A DNA stretch of 63,197 bases, filler included, from Octopus bimaculoides (taxonomy: Eukaryota), in NCBI RefSeq assembly GCF_001194135.2. It is 8 parts of 7 records of this genome, joined end to end, with 100 filler letters (N's around TTAATTAATTAA, not from the genome) between each part and the next. Parts side by side here need not be neighbours in the genome. Positions count along the whole stretch, not along the records: positions 7,114 to 28,824 come from NC_068990.1; 7 more parts are not named here. The stretch is one strand, 5' to 3'. Shown here piece after piece: positions 12,480 to 26,326 of the stretch. The notes beneath the pieces are model-generated. The model saw nothing but the letters and a program-made list of their open reading frames with translations, was not told the DNA's origin and ran no database searches. The position numbers and the translations under genes are program-made. Numbering within the stretch: the stretch's first letter is position 1; each line of letters begins with the position of its first letter.

Positions 12480-14170
12480 ATTGTCCGGAAATCTTTCGCC
12501 ACACATTTGTGACCTCTTCTGCAACTTTTAGTTTTCGTGTGTGCTCTTGCTGCACTTACTCCAACGACAAAGTACCTGCGTATGTCTGCTGCTCTTAGTT
12601 AATACCACGGAGAAACTCGGAAACATTTTCAGCATCCAAGGATTAAATTAAAATAAAATGGAAAACTGAGGATTAAAGCTAATTAAATGAGCTGAGAGTA
12701 TATTAGACTATTTGAAGTCATAAATATATTTTCTAGGTGTGAGGGTTTACATAGCTGTGTAGTAAAAAACTTACTTCCCAACTGTAGTTCCAGATTCAAA
12801 TGCGGAATAGGCTGACGTGAGGCGGGACTTGGTGATTGCAAAGCAAACTTATGTTTTCCCATGAAATTAGATTTCATCGTCGGCTCAATAACGGTAGAGG
12901 GGAGATAACTCAGAAGTAAAACCTAACGTTTTAATGGCTGACATTCTGGAATACCAAAAAATATTTGTCTGCTTTGATAATTTTATGAATTTGAGGCCTT
13001 GTTCTGTTCTAAAATATTGATGGATTTAAACAATGAACAGATAGCTAAAGCTTTATAGCAGATTATAATCATTACAAAAACTGCAGTAATAATATCTTTC
13101 TTCCAGTTGGTTGTGAATCTTCCTCTCGTCCTAGTCAAAGTGGATCGAGCAGACGCCTGGTCAAGTGTTGTTCCATCCAGTCTTTTCATGACTATTTAGG
13201 GATATATTTTATTATACTGTATCCTTTCCTTTTCATGACGGGAGAATGTGGTTCACAGTTGATTTGGCAGTTTTTTAGCAGGCCGAGAGAACATATACAG
13301 ATTATCCCTCCAATCGCCAACTATAATTATTTTGCAATCTATAGCTGTACCATTTTTATTTCTTCTGAACAGATTAATTCACTAGAAACATTACTCATTA
13401 TTTCTAAAATGGTCTCTCATTTACAAAATCGTGATTATACCAACACTAAAAATATTTTTTCTCGTCGGACTTTTGAATGTAATATTTAACTTGTTGGAGT
13501 TTGTCGCTAATATGATGTAGATGCAGAAAGAGTTCCCAGATCCGTATCTTTGTGCGCAATTTTCCAAGTCTAGTGGTTTTTCTGTTAGAATAGGGATTAG
13601 GGTTTACTTCAATATTAGATCATTATTGCGTTGAAGCGCTGACATTGATATCAGCAAATCATTTAACTGTCAAACATGGAAAGTATCAACATTTCTCGCA
13701 TATAAACTTCGTTCAACTCTGCTCTCAGTAATATCGCCCACATACCCTTCCTCTTCTACACTAATGACTTGTTTGACCAAGAATTTTGATGACTTTATTT
13801 CAGCGATGTGCTCGTAGATATCTCCGAGGAGCAGAGACTTGGACTAACAGTACAAGATGCGAGGAGACCGCACTTGTAGAGTAAATGTTGGAGTGTGTCG
13901 TTATGTCATGTGCCTCTTTGTAGTTCAAAGGAGTAGCATTCATTTGAACGGAGTTTCGAATCAGCGCGATCACGTTAGTTCGATTTTCTCGAGCATTTTT
14001 CAATTTCTTTATTTTCACGACTGCCTTCAAAATAATAGCGGGACATCTTATGAAAAAATTTTTTGAACATTCATGTTTCACATATACCCCTCCGGACCGA
14101 TTTTGGCCAATATTTTTGCACGAAGCACTTCTTCCCGAAACAAGCGAGTCCGTGTAAATGTAAGAAAAAA
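12480..14170 (-). mobile_element. Possible highly degraded DNA-transposon coding remnant (MULE-like?)
   Basis: Only loose motif resemblance (C..CPAII.KA.VKIKK; GRFTTN); no continuous ORF; part of it is duplicated at 23556-24110. Confidence 0.25.
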
Positions 14171-14179
14171 ACATTTATT

Positions 14180-14743
14180 GGCACTGTCATGGTATAAGCT
14201 GTCAGAAGTGAAAGTAGAAAAATCTGACAAGGAACGTTACTGCTGGTTTGAGTTGATTCTTTGGCTACTGACAGCTAATACTATGGACTGTCCGGAGCTA
14301 GCTGTCTGTCTGTCTCTCTCTCTATCTACCATTCGAAAGTTATTGGAACAAATTTGACACCTATATCCATGCGTTTGAAAACACACAGAGTATAAGGGTA
14401 CTACTAAAGCAGAGTGGTCCCGAACGCGCAGTCGCGCTAGCTAGTCATGAGTGGTCGATCCTATTATTTTTAAACTTCAAACTTCATTTGTTTTCTATTT
14501 TGATAAATTCTCTCTGTTGAAAATAATATTTTTATATTAAATTTGCGTTTTCTAATTTGATAAATTCTACGGACACAAACAGAGGTGAACGAGTGATAGA
14601 TAGATATATATATATAGAGAGAGAGATAGACAGACAGATAGATAGCTCCGGCTAGTCAGTAGTCAAAGAATCAACTCAAACCAGGAGTAACGTTCCTTGT
14701 CAGTTCTACTTTCAATTCTGACAGCTAATACCATGACAGTGCC
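14180..14743. mobile_element. MITE with ~130-150-bp TIRs and perfect 8-bp TSD (Merlin-like)
   Basis: Starts GGCACTGTCATGGTA and ends TACCATGACAGTGCC; CATTTATT at 14172-14179 and 14744-14751. Confidence 0.85.
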
Positions 14744-15215
14744 CATTTATTTACTAACAAACGTATGCTACTATTCGTTAACATGTCCTAAGCATGGAGC
14801 AGAAAGATCGTGGCTCCGGTTAATAAAGTTGATTTCATAATTAAACCTGAAGTCACGTACCCCAACCCCAAACGGGGTAACCCTTCAACTGGTGTATTGA
14901 AGTAAAAAAAATACGGCTAATATAAAGACCTTCACTCGGGAACAAAATAACCAGCCTGGGATGTTAACAAGTATATGGAAAGCGAATATGAAAAAAAAAA
15001 AAAAGCGCCGTCGTAACTTTGGGTAAAATGGCTATATTGATATATTTTGGTTATGGAGGATATGATTCTGAAAAAAATTTTCAAAAATCGCATTTTTAAA
15101 ATATCAGTTTCCACCACCGGAAATATTCTTTTATTTTGCGAAATACGTAAAAAAAAATACGAATATTATAATTCTGAAAAAAATATGTAAAATCTCAACA
15201 AGAAAAAAAATATAT

Positions 15216-15521
15216 ACCCTCAAGCTGGCCATCCACATGCTAAAAATAACAGCCAAATCTCAAACAATGAAAATGAAAATATACAAGACCCTCAAGCCGG
15301 CCATCCACATGCTAAAAATAACAGCCAAATCTCAAACAATGAAAATGAAAATATACAANNNNNNNNNNNNNNNNNNNNNNNNCAAGCTGGCCATCCACAT
15401 GCTAAAAATAACAGCCAAATCTCAAACAATGAAAATGAAAATATACAAGACCCTCAAGCCGGCCATCCACATGCTAAAAATAACAGCCAAATCTCAAACA
15501 ATGAAATTGAAAATATACAAG
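15216..15521. repeat. 72-bp minisatellite, at least 4 units (interrupted by a gap)
   Basis: Unit accctcaagc(c/t)ggccatccacatgctaaaaataacagccaaatctcaaacaatgaaaatgaaaatatacaag. Confidence 0.92.
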
Positions 15522-15629
15522 ATAGATTTTAAAATGTTGCAAGCAGTATCTGCCAAACAAGAAAAGAAAAAAAATGAGAAACTCCAAGCATATCGAAGAG
15601 GGCGAAGTGGCTTACATTAGGATATGAAT

Positions 15630-15645
15630 GGCCCTGAAAAGGGCC
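15630..15645 (-). terminator. Histone 3' stem-loop (H4)
   Basis: Reverse complement GGCCCTTTTCAGGGCC. Confidence 0.95.
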
Positions 15646-15693
15646 GGGATTTGTCGCTAGTCACGACTACGAAGTTACAAAGTCACTTCCAGT

Positions 15694-15879
<186 letters not shown>

Positions 15880-16672
15880 NNNNNNNNNNNNNNNNNNNNN
15901 NNNNNNNNNNNNNNNNNNNNNNNNNNNNNNNNNNNNNNNNNNNNNNNNNNNNNNNNNNNNNNNNNNNNNNNNNNNNNNNNNNNNNNNNNNNNNNNNNNNN
16001 NNNNNNNNNNNNNNNNNNNNNNNNNNNNNNNNNNNNNNNNNNNNNNNNNNNNNNNNNNNNNNNNNNNNNNNNNNNNNNNNNNNNNNNNNNNNNNNNNNNN
16101 NNNNNNNNNNNNNNNNNNNNNNNNNNNNNNNNNNNNNNNNNNNNNNNNNNNNNNNNNNNNNNNNNNNNNNNNNNNNNNNNNNNNNNNNNNNNNNNNNNNN
16201 NNNNNNNNNNNNNNNNNNNNNNNNNNNNNNNNNNNNNNNNNNNNNNNNNNNNNNNNNNNNNNNNNNNNNNNNNNNNNNNNNNNNNNNNNNNNNNNNNNNN
16301 NNNNNNNNNNNNNNNNNNNNNNNNNNNNNNNNNNNNNNNNNNNNNNNNNNNNNNNNNNNNNNNNNNNNNNNNNNNNNNNNNNNNNNNNNNNNNNNNNNNN
16401 NNNNNNNNNNNNNNNNNNNNNNNNNNNNNNNNNNNNNNNNNNNNNNNNNNNNNNNNNNNNNNNNNNNNNNNNNNNNNNNNNNNNNNNNNNNNNNNNNNNN
16501 NNNNNNNNNNNNNNNNNNNNNNNNNNNNNNNNNNNNNNNNNNNNNNNNNNNNNNNNNNNNNNNNNNNNNNNNNNNNNNNNNNNNNNNNNNNNNNNNNNNN
16601 NNNNNNNNNNNNNNNNNNNNNNNNNNNNNNNNNNNNNNNNNNNNNNNNNNNNNNNNNNNNNNNNNNNNNNNT

Positions 16673-16939
<267 letters not shown>

Positions 16940-16973
16940 ACTGAAAATAATGAAGCTACTGCTTTAGTCCAAC

Positions 16974-16989
16974 GGCCCTTTTCAGGGCC
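16974..16989 (+). terminator. Histone 3' stem-loop (H3)
   Basis: CCAAC-GGCCCTTTTCAGGGCC. Confidence 0.95.
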
Positions 16990-18168
16990 TCTAAATTTTT
17001 TCGTAAAGTTCTACTTAAACCCTCATGTAAAGGACAAATTGTTTTTGTTTTGACTAACCGACAGTCATAGAAAGATACTTTTTAAGGAAATTTATTTTTT
17101 CAGTCTGAACGATTCTAATTTAAGCACCGTTTATCATTTTCTCGGAAAATTCATACGTTTACAGCATAATTGTGATTGTTCGTTCAATTCCGTGGACATG
17201 TAGAAGACGACATTAGCTTTGAAGTGAGAAACTGACGTGTGTGTGCGCCGTGTTCAGCTGTATGTGTTTCTAGTCACGTACCATATCTTACACGTACATA
17301 AAATGCATATGCATACATTTTTATATACTTTGTATAAGTGGCTAGGCTAGGGCTTAGTTCTTACCTGCTTCAGGAAAACGAAAATGTTACTTTTTTAATT
17401 GTGGTAGTTTTGGCCAATCGAAAGCCATAGATACCTGTTTCTAATAGTAACAAGTCAAATATGATTGAAGCAAAACGTTTTGGTGAATAAAAAGAAAAGT
17501 TGAAAATATCACCACCACTTCGATTGCTACAGGCAGTCTTTTCTAACTTATCTATCTATTATTCCTTTTCACCTGCTCTTGCCATTGCATTTTTTTTTAT
17601 AAAGCCCTTGTAATATTTCCAAAATAGCAGTATTCGTCCACTACAATAAGAGCAATCGTTCGAGTTTCTCATAGGCACATTTTACGGAATGATGATGCGG
17701 AAGTAACACTCGCATACTACATTGCTGGGATCCAAGCAATAACAAAATTTAAATCCTTACTCCCAAGCAAGGCCATGTGTGTAAAAACACGTTTACTGAC
17801 TAAAAAGCCATAACACTGATCTTCTCAGGCTCAACAATATTTTAAAATTATAAACAAACAATATAGAGTGTGGAAAAAAAAAATTCTATTTTTATTTCTA
17901 ATTAGCATAAAAATATTGAAAAACATCAATACATGTGACAGTGACGTCGCATTGTGTGGCTATGTACGTGTCTCATGTATCTTCTGGTGATATCCCAATA
18001 CCCACAATGTATACATAGGTACATCTGCTAGTAGGTAAATTATAAACTACAATATACTATTTATGACAAACGCCATTATATCCAAACTTTTTGAAATCGA
18101 CATTTACGTAAATAACAAGCATCGCAGATCAATAAAGAATCGAAAGTTACCCTCAGGAGAATATGGAT

Positions 18169-18184
18169 GGCCCTAAAAAGGACC
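18169..18184 (-). terminator. Histone 3' stem-loop (H2B)
   Basis: Reverse complement GGTCCTTTTTAGGGCC. Confidence 0.92.
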
Positions 18185-18214
18185 GTTGTCGAACAACCGA
18201 AGACTAAAATAGAT

Positions 18215-18526
18215 TTACTTGCTGCTGGTGTATTTGGTGACAGCCTTAGTACCTTCAGAGACGGCGTGTTTGGCCAACTCACCAGGGAGAAGCAGACGGA
18301 CAGCAGTCTGGACCTCACGGCTACTGATGGTTGAACGTTTGTTGTAGTGAGCCAAACGGCTGGCTTCAGAAGCTATTCTTTCGAATAAATCGTTGACAAA
18401 ACTGTTCATGATAGACATAGCTTTGCTGGAAATACCAGTGTCGGGGTGGACTTGTTTCATTACTTTGTAGATGTAGATGGAATAACTTTCCTTCCTCTTC
18501 TTCTTGCGCTTCTTGTCTCCGGCGGG
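18215..18526 (-). CDS. H2B: Histone H2B (N-terminus in gap)
   Basis: [103 protein letters not shown]. Confidence 0.97.
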   Translation of the reverse strand, partial: PAGDKKRKKKRKESYSIYIYKVMKQVHPDTGISSKAMSIMNSFVNDLFERIASEASRLAHYNKRSTISSREVQTAVRLLLPGELAKHAVSEGTKAVTKYTSSK

Positions 18527-18778
18527 ACNNNNNNNNNNNNNNNNNNNNNNNNNNNNNNNNNNNNNNNNNNNNNNNNNNNNNNNNNNNNNNNNNNNNNNNN
18601 NNNNNNNNNNNNNNNNNNNNNNNNNNNNNNNNNNNNNNNNNNNNNNNNNNNNNNNNNNNNNNNNNNNNNNNNNNNNNNNNNNNNNNNNNNNNNNNNNNNN
18701 NNNNNNNNNNNNNNNNNNNNNNNNNNNNNNNNNNNNNNNNNNNNNNNNNNNNNNNNNNNNNNNNNNNNNNNNNNNNNT

Positions 18779-19051
18779 AAGGGAAACTATGCCCAACGTG
18801 TTGGTGCCGGAGCTCCAGTCTACTTGGCTGCTGTTATGGAATATTTGGCTGCCGAAGTGTTGGAATTGGCAGGAAATGCTGCCAGAGACAACAAGAAATC
18901 CAGAATCATTCCCCGTCATTTACAGTTGGCCATCCGTAACGACGAAGAATTGAACAAACTTTTGTCTGGAGTGACCATCGCCCAGGGTGGTGTTCTTCCA
19001 AATATCCAGGCTGTTCTTCTGCCCAAGAAGACTCAGAAGCCTTCTAAGTAA
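18779..19051 (+). CDS. H2A: Histone H2A copy 2, divergent from H2B (N-terminus in gap)
   Basis: [15 protein letters not shown]...[11 protein letters not shown]. Confidence 0.97.
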   Translation, partial: KGNYAQRVGAGAPVYLAAVMEYLAAEVLELAGNAARDNKKSRIIPRHLQLAIRNDEELNKLLSGVTIAQGGVLPNIQAVLLPKKTQKPSK

Positions 19052-19085
19052 GCGCTTTCGGTGATGGCGTTTGACTTAATCTAAC

Positions 19086-19101
19086 GGCCCTTTTCAGGGC
19101 C
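19086..19101 (+). terminator. Histone 3' stem-loop (H2A copy 2)
   Basis: GGCCCTTTTCAGGGCC. Confidence 0.95.
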
Positions 19102-22100
19102 CACTACATCATAATTTTAGTCTACTTGCTGTTTATTTTATTTGCGATCCGATTCTTCATAAAATTTATCCGGCTCCGGAAACCTGTTTCTAAGGACATT
19201 CCGAGAACGAAGTTTGGGCGATTTTTCGTGTTATCTAGAAAGTGAGTCTTTTTCCTGTAATGCAGCACAACCTGAGGTAATAATGGTAAATCGATTTCTA
19301 TAAAACTTATTTGGTATTACTCAAGAGTGGTCCCGGTGCGCATCCGCGCCAGCGAGTTGTGACTAGTCGATCCTACGACTACCTAGCGCGTCATGCGCAA
19401 AACATGTATGAGGGTTTTTTTTCTAAATAAAGTAAATAATTTTTTTACACAAAGTAATTAATTATACGGTCCAGATGGACTATATGTAATCTGAACCNNN
19501 NNNNNNNNNNNNNNNNNNNNNNNNNNNNNNNNNNNNNNNNNNNNNNNNNNNNNNNNNNNNNNNNNNNNNNNNNNNNNNNNNNNNNNNNNNNNNNNNNNNN
19601 NNNNNNNNNNNNNNNNNNNNNNNNNNNNNNNNNNNNNNNNNNNNNNNNNNNNNNNNNNNNNNNNNNNNNNNNNNNNNNNNNNNNNNNNNNNNNNNNNNNN
19701 NNNNNNNNNNNNNNNNNNNNNNNNNNNNNNNNNNNNNNNNNNNNNNNNNNNNNNNNNNNNNNNNNNNNNNNNNNNNNNNNNNNNNNNNNNNNNNNNNNNN
19801 NNNNNNNNNNNNNNNNNNNNNNNNNNNNNNNNNNNNNNNNNNNNNNNNNNNNNNNNNNNNNNNNNNNNNNNNNNNNNNNNNNNNNNNNNNNNNNNNNNNN
19901 NNNNNNNNNNNNNNNNNNNNNNNNNNNAATCATAATCTCCGTATTTTTTTTACGCATTTCTAGAGAAAAAAATTTCTGGAAAATATTTTTAAATGAGGGA
20001 ATGGGGTGGGGGGATTGAGATTTTTGAAAAATTTTTTCAGAATCGGAATCTCCATAGCCTAAAACGTGGGATTCCGTAAAAAAAATAATAAGGGGGGGGA
20101 AGGGTTAAGATTACATATAGTCCGTCTCCGCCAATTATACACATACCTGTTTTTGGTAAAGAGTCCATTAAAAAGTCGGTCTTTAAAAATTTTTTCATGT
20201 TGTTGAAAACAATAGTGTGATGAAAGTATGAAGCAGAGGGCCATGGTTGGAGAGCCAGCTGGGAGCGTAAATTGTATACAAAGACTGCTTAGGTATCGGT
20301 GGATTTTCAATCTGGTGCTGGAGTGGCCTCCATTGATATCGGATCAGGACGCCCAAATAAATTGGATTTTCTGTTTGGATAGGGATTTTACATTTTTTTT
20401 ACTCCACGGCCTTCAACATGGAGAAGTTTTTATGAAAACTTTTGGGGAATTTGTCTTTTAACCCATCTCCCATTCGGACCGTTGTTGGCATTAGGCATTT
20501 AACGATGAAGTCTTTTCGGTAAAAAAAAAAAAAGTATTGAAAATATTTTCAGAAGGGAGATTTGGTTGCTGTTTCTAGCACATCCTACGACCACCTGGTA
20601 CCTAATGCGTTTCTTTTTTTGTGCCTATCGAGTCTACGTATAACNNNNNNNNNNNNNNNNNNNNNNNNNNNNNNNNNNNNNNNNNNNNNNNNNNNNNNNN
20701 NNNNNNNNNNNNNNNNNNNNNNNNNNNNNNNNNNNNNNNNNNNNNNNNNNNNNNNNNNNNNNNNNNNNNNNNNNNNNNNNNNNNNNNNNNNNNNNNNNNN
20801 NNNNNNNNNNNNNNNNNNNNNNNNNNNNNNNNNNNNNNNNNNNNNNNNNNNNNNNNNNNNNNNNNNNNNNNNNNNNNNNNNNNNNNNNNNNNNNNNNNNN
20901 NNNNNNNNNNNNNNNNNNNNNNNNNNNNNNNNNNNNNNNNNNNNNNNNNNNNNNNNNNNNNNNNNNNNNNNNNNNNNNNNNNTCAATGTCTTTCTGTTAG
21001 AAACGTTTTGACCTTTAGCTGGTATTTTTAGCATAACGAGTTTTCCGGTGACAGCTTCATTGCCTGCTGCTACGGATGCACAAAACGGAGAAAATGAAAC
21101 AAATATGGACAACTTGTCCCGAAACACCCCCGAGTGGGGAACAGTCCTCAAAAGTAACTCCCAATTGTTTCCCTCCCAAATTCCTATGTTCTCGGAATCT
21201 ATATAGTCCGAGGTATATTTGTTGAGAATTTCATTAAAAAATATCTATTTTCTTGAAAGTTAAGACAAATTGAAGTGGACGCCGGTGAATTTTCCGAAAT
21301 TCCCACCCCAACCCCTCCTTAAAACACTTTGCCCCCAAAAGCTTTGTACATTCGGAATCTACATGATATAACGCATATTCGTAGAAAATTTTTAAAAATC
21401 CATTTTTCTGAAAGTTATGATCATCCAAAGTAAGTGGGTGGGGGCCAGGAATCTGTAGTTGTGCCTAACATTTCCTAATGAAATATACGAAAATTTATGA
21501 TTTTTAAAAAGAAAAAGCAGCCCCCGTCCGTTTCAGTTTTAAAAGTATTGGTGAACCTGATGTCATTGCAGGGAAAAAGTATGTAATAGCTCGTTTATTT
21601 TTATAACATACTTTACTGTCAGTAAATGCTTTTTCGTGCAGACACACGGGCTGCTTTGGTGGTTAACCTAAATTACATTTTTTTTTCTTTGTCGTTTATA
21701 TCCCAGCAATGGACCACCATTCCATAAAATGTGTTTATTGGGAGAAAAGTATTGAAAAACATCAACACTTGTCAGTGACAAAGAAACGAAGGTCGTAGGA
21801 TGTGCTAGAAACAAAAGTACGTAGTGCCAGAAGATTGGCTAAAATCGATCCGGAAGGAGATGGAGTAAAACAAAAAAAAAATTTCACAAAAACCTCTCCC
21901 TTATTTCGAAGGGCCGTGAAAAAAAAAAATTGAAAAATCCCCGCCAAGATGGAGAAAATCCAACTTATGTGAGCGTCCTTATCCGAAATTCCGCCGAACA
22001 AGCATTCAATTCGAAATTCTGAATAGGTCTTACCTTCCGGGATTAATTAGTTTATAACATTAATGTGCTAAATTAACTCCGCCACACAAAAAATACATCA

Positions 22101-22669
22101 GCCGAAGTCTCATTTCGGATATTAAGAATTAACAGACAAAGGAACGCATAATGAAATACAACAGATACACGCATTGTTTCGGTCCACAAGTTGGTCCTAA
22201 CAACAGATGATGTATATATTTAAGTTGTTGTGGTGGTTATTATAAGGTTGTCAGTTTTCTGAATAAAGCTACTTTCAGGGGAGGTTACTCTAACTTACCA
22301 AAAATGTGTAAATTTTATTCTTTGAAATTCGAGGGCCGTCTACCGCATTTTTTCGAAGTGACTTCATTATCTACGCTTACTTTTTGTTTTTACTCATTTG
22401 ACTCCAGACTAATCTATATAAAAGAGCAATCAACAAATAAGCACAATAATTTCCTCTTTTACCGTGCATTTCACTATTTCAATGTTTTTATCACCCCTAC
22501 GCTAAAGTGGTACCCTTTAAAGTTATCCCGTAAGTTCTTTGAAGCACTGGACAGAATTATTCTCCAAGGAGAGTAGTCATTCCTATTCGCCCGTTTACTC
22601 TGAAAATATCAACTTTCTGCTTTTCTAAATAATGACGCCCTTAATTATTTATTATATACAACTGCTAGT

Positions 22670-23040
22670 AGAAAGAACCGGCCTTAGAGTTATTCACTAG
22701 ATCCCCTTTGGGTCCTTCCTTAGCAGCGTCACCACTCCCCGGCTCACAGATTTCGGTATGAACCCGTTCTGTTGCCAGTTGGTGAAGACGCAAGCCAACA
22801 ATTGCCCAAACGATTCTGGCATACTATAATAAAATTCTTAGGGAAGACCATCTAGTCCCGGTGACCTGTCCCCACGACAAGACGTCTTCTACTTCCGCAT
22901 CTGTGATCGGCTTTTCACAAGAAGTTCTGCCGAACGCTATTTAATATGTGGGACGGTGTCCTAAATATATGAGCAGGCACTCGCGCACATTGGTTTCATC
23001 GTTGACTGGAACCTTTCAACCACAACTGAAGGTAAACATT
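22670..23040 (-). mobile_element. L1/Tx1-like LINE ORF2 fragment (pre-RT region), degraded
   Basis: Manual translation KPITDAEVEDVL..RSPGLDGLP*EFYY...VFTNWQQNGFIPKSVSRGVVTLLRKDP. Confidence 0.75.
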
Positions 23041-23555
23041 AGCAGTTATTTATTTACAAGGAAAAAGCAAACGAAGGTGCGATTTCGGATCAGGACGTCC
23101 ACATAAGTTGGTTTTTACAGATTTGTTCGAAATGAGGGCATTTTTATGAACAAAATTTCTAGAAATTTCATTTTCACCCCACCCTTTCACTGGACTTTTT
23201 TTTTTTACTACGCACTTAAAAAGCCATGAAGCCCTTTCGGTTTTCAGACGATAGGGTGTGTGATTTAAGGGAAATTTAGTTGTTTCTAGCACATCCTACG
23301 ACCACCTTTCGTCATTGAAATGTATTGATGTCTTTCAATATTTTTCTCTCCATAAACATGCTATTAAGTTTTGAAAACTCATTCTATTCAACCCCCACCC
23401 ATTGTTTCTGTTTATAATTTTAAAACATTGGAGAGCCTGAGGTCGTTGCTGGGATTTACCCGCAGTGATTAAAAAAAAAAGGTATATAAGATTTGTTTTA
23501 ATAGCATACTTTTGTTGACGGATGTAAAGCTCATGGACCGCACTCCCTTTGGGAA

Positions 23556-24110
23556 AGGATACAATATAATAAAATATATCCCTAAATAGTGATGAAAAGA
23601 CTGGATGGAACAACACTTGACCAGGCGTCTGCTCGATCCGTTTGGTCTAGGACAAACGGAAGATTCACAACCAACTGGAAGAAAGATATTATTACTGCAG
23701 TTTTTGTAATGATTACAATCTGCTATAAAGCTTTTGCTATCTATTCATTGTTTAAATCCTTCAATATTTTAGAACAGAACAAAGTCTCAAATTCATAAAA
23801 TTATGAAAGCAGACAAATATTTTTGATATTCCAGAATGTCAGCTATTAAAACGTTGGGTTTTACTTCTGAGTTATCTCCCCTCTACCGTTATTGAGACAA
23901 CGATGAAATCTAATTTCATGGAAATGCATAAGTTTGCTTTGCAATCACCCAGATTCAGTCCCATTGTATAGCTTTCACTGGCAAATGCCTCACGTCAGCC
24001 TATTCTGCATTTAAACCAGGAACCACAGTTGCGAAATAAGCTTTTTACTACACAGCTATGTAAATCCTCACACTCAGAAAATATATTTTTGACTTTAAAA
24101 AGTATATACC
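23556..24110 (+). repeat. Inverted duplicate of ~12690-13232
   Basis: Extended reverse-complement match including the MKRLDGTTLDQASARS segment and a degenerate SINE head. Confidence 0.85.
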
Positions 24111-24233
24111 CTCAGCTCTTTAGTTTAACTAGGTTAAATGTTCAATTCTAAGTCAGATAATCTATCAATCCAAGGGGCCTTTTCTTTGTGCGTTTTACCT
24201 TCTGCCCGAATTTTATTCCAATCATTATTATTA

Positions 24234-24620
24234 AGGCGGCGAGCTGGCAGAATCATTAGCGCGCTGGACGAAGTGCTTAGTGGTATTTCGCCCGTCACTA
24301 CGTTCTGAGTTCAAATTCCGCCGAGGGTGACTCTGCCTTTCATCCTTTCGGGGTCGAAAAAATAAGTACCAGTTGAACACTGGGGTCGATGTGATCGACT
24401 CATCCCCTCCCTTAAAATGGCTGCCCTCGTGGTGAAATTTGAAACCATTATTGTTATTATTATTTAAGGGTGTGAGCTGGCAGAATCGTTAGAACGCTGG
24501 GCGAAATGCTTAGCGGTGTTTCGTCTGCCGCTACGTTCTCAGTTCGAAATCCGTCGAGGTCAATTTTGCCTTCCATCCTTTCGGAGATAAATTAAGTACC
24601 AGTCAAACACTGGGGTCGAT
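24234..24620 (+). mobile_element. Two tandem copies of tRNA-derived SINE family A
   Basis: aggcggcgagctggcagaatc(a/g)ttag...gagttc(a/g)aa(t/a)tccg(c/t)cgagg...gcctt(t/c)catcctttcgg...taagtaccagt. Confidence 0.85.
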
Positions 24621-24908
24621 ATAATGATGATCATATTCGTCGCAAAAAATCGTGTAAAGAAAATTCCCGAAAACAATGGCAATAATGAAAAAATAGGAAT
24701 CTAAATTTTCAGGATTGCAGGTCCGGAATGTTTTTAATTTGCTCACGGAGTCAGCCTGATTCCAAAATGGTATGATATGTTGGGCTACGGCCTCTAGGAG
24801 TAAAGTTGAAAAACTGAGACACACTGACATTCACATTTATTATATTAGATATGTTTAATTTTGGGGAAACTGTATTTCAATTAAAGTATATCATATAAAC
24901 ATACATAC

Positions 24909-24947
<39 letters not shown>

Positions 24948-25223
24948 AAGAAAGCAAAAATAAAACAAAAATGATAGTGTTCAGTATGCTGGCCACAGGA
25001 ATTTCTGTCCAGGAAAGTTGTACATCATCTCCCGTCTTTCTTTCTCCCATTGCCACCACCAACTCTCCCTAAAATTCTTTGTTTCACTTTCCTCCCTCTC
25101 TTTCTCTGTCTTCGCCACCGCCTTCACCGTCTCTGTGCCTACTATTACTCTCACCCCAGCGCGAGGAAGTGTCATTGAATAGTGGGGAGTCAAAGTGTGA
25201 CACACGCAAATTAGTTTTCGCAT

Positions 25224-25302
<79 letters not shown>

Positions 25303-26276
25303 ATATATATATATAGGGCGAGCAAAATGAGAAGTTTTTATTGCATTTTTGACTTTGAAACAAAATATATTTTTCTTAATGTTCACTGCCTTACAAAATC
25401 TAAATCACCTAAGTAAATGACCTTCTCTAAATGCACTGAAAACATTATAACATTATCTGATCACTACTTCAGAAAATTATCGCCGTCCTCTTTGAGCACG
25501 TAAGACAAATTTGGCTGGGGCAAAATGAGTAAGACTAGATAAGGTAAATTTGCCGCTTCAGTCCTCAGAAAACAGACCCATACACATCAATATCTATCTC
25601 TAGACATTAGAAATATCAGAAATACAATATATAATTAGGTCAAATGAGAGAGGATCAGGGAAAAATGGCACATGATATGAAAGACGACTAAATAAATAAT
25701 AAAAAAAACCTCAGCATAAAAAATTCTCTATAGATTCTTCACGATCTGCTGGAGTGCCTCTCTTTCTGATATATTTAAACAGCATGCAGTGAAAGCGGAG
25801 AAATTCTTGAACATTACTCATTTTACCACATTTTAGACATTTAAAAAAATTTTTGAAATTATCAAATTGGATTTTGGTGGGGAAAAAAAATTGATTTAGA
25901 ATCCAAAGAAAAGAATATTTAAATACCAAAAATTATCCAGATGTTTCATTAGCACTCTCAATAACAACTGGATCAAAGTGGAAAAAAAAAAGTACCTGTC
26001 ACCTGACTTATGTTTCGTACTCTCACTTTCAACAATTATGCTGATCAATATTTACTCCCAAACATAATGTAGCCATACAAAACAATAATGCAATCATTTC
26101 AAACGGACGGAGGAAAATAACGAGAAATCAGCGATTACTAATTTTATCCCGGTTACTAATTCTGTACCCACACCTCATATACAAGAATGTAAATAAAACA
26201 TAAAAAACAGAATTGGAACTCTTAAATAAAATAATATATTCCTCTATACACGATCATACAAAACCCTTAGTCTGTC

Positions 26277-26326
26277 ATACCGGTCATGACGAAGGGAAAT
26301 AGCCCTGAAACTCGAGTCGCCTTTAT
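26277..26326 (+). ncRNA. Degenerate minimal (Penelope-type) hammerhead ribozyme motif
   Basis: stem I ATACCGGT, C-A-TGACGA, stem II AGGG-aaatag-CCCT, GAAA, palindromic stem III AC-TCGA-GT, C, stem I' GCCTTTAT; the core has an extra A. Confidence 0.55.
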
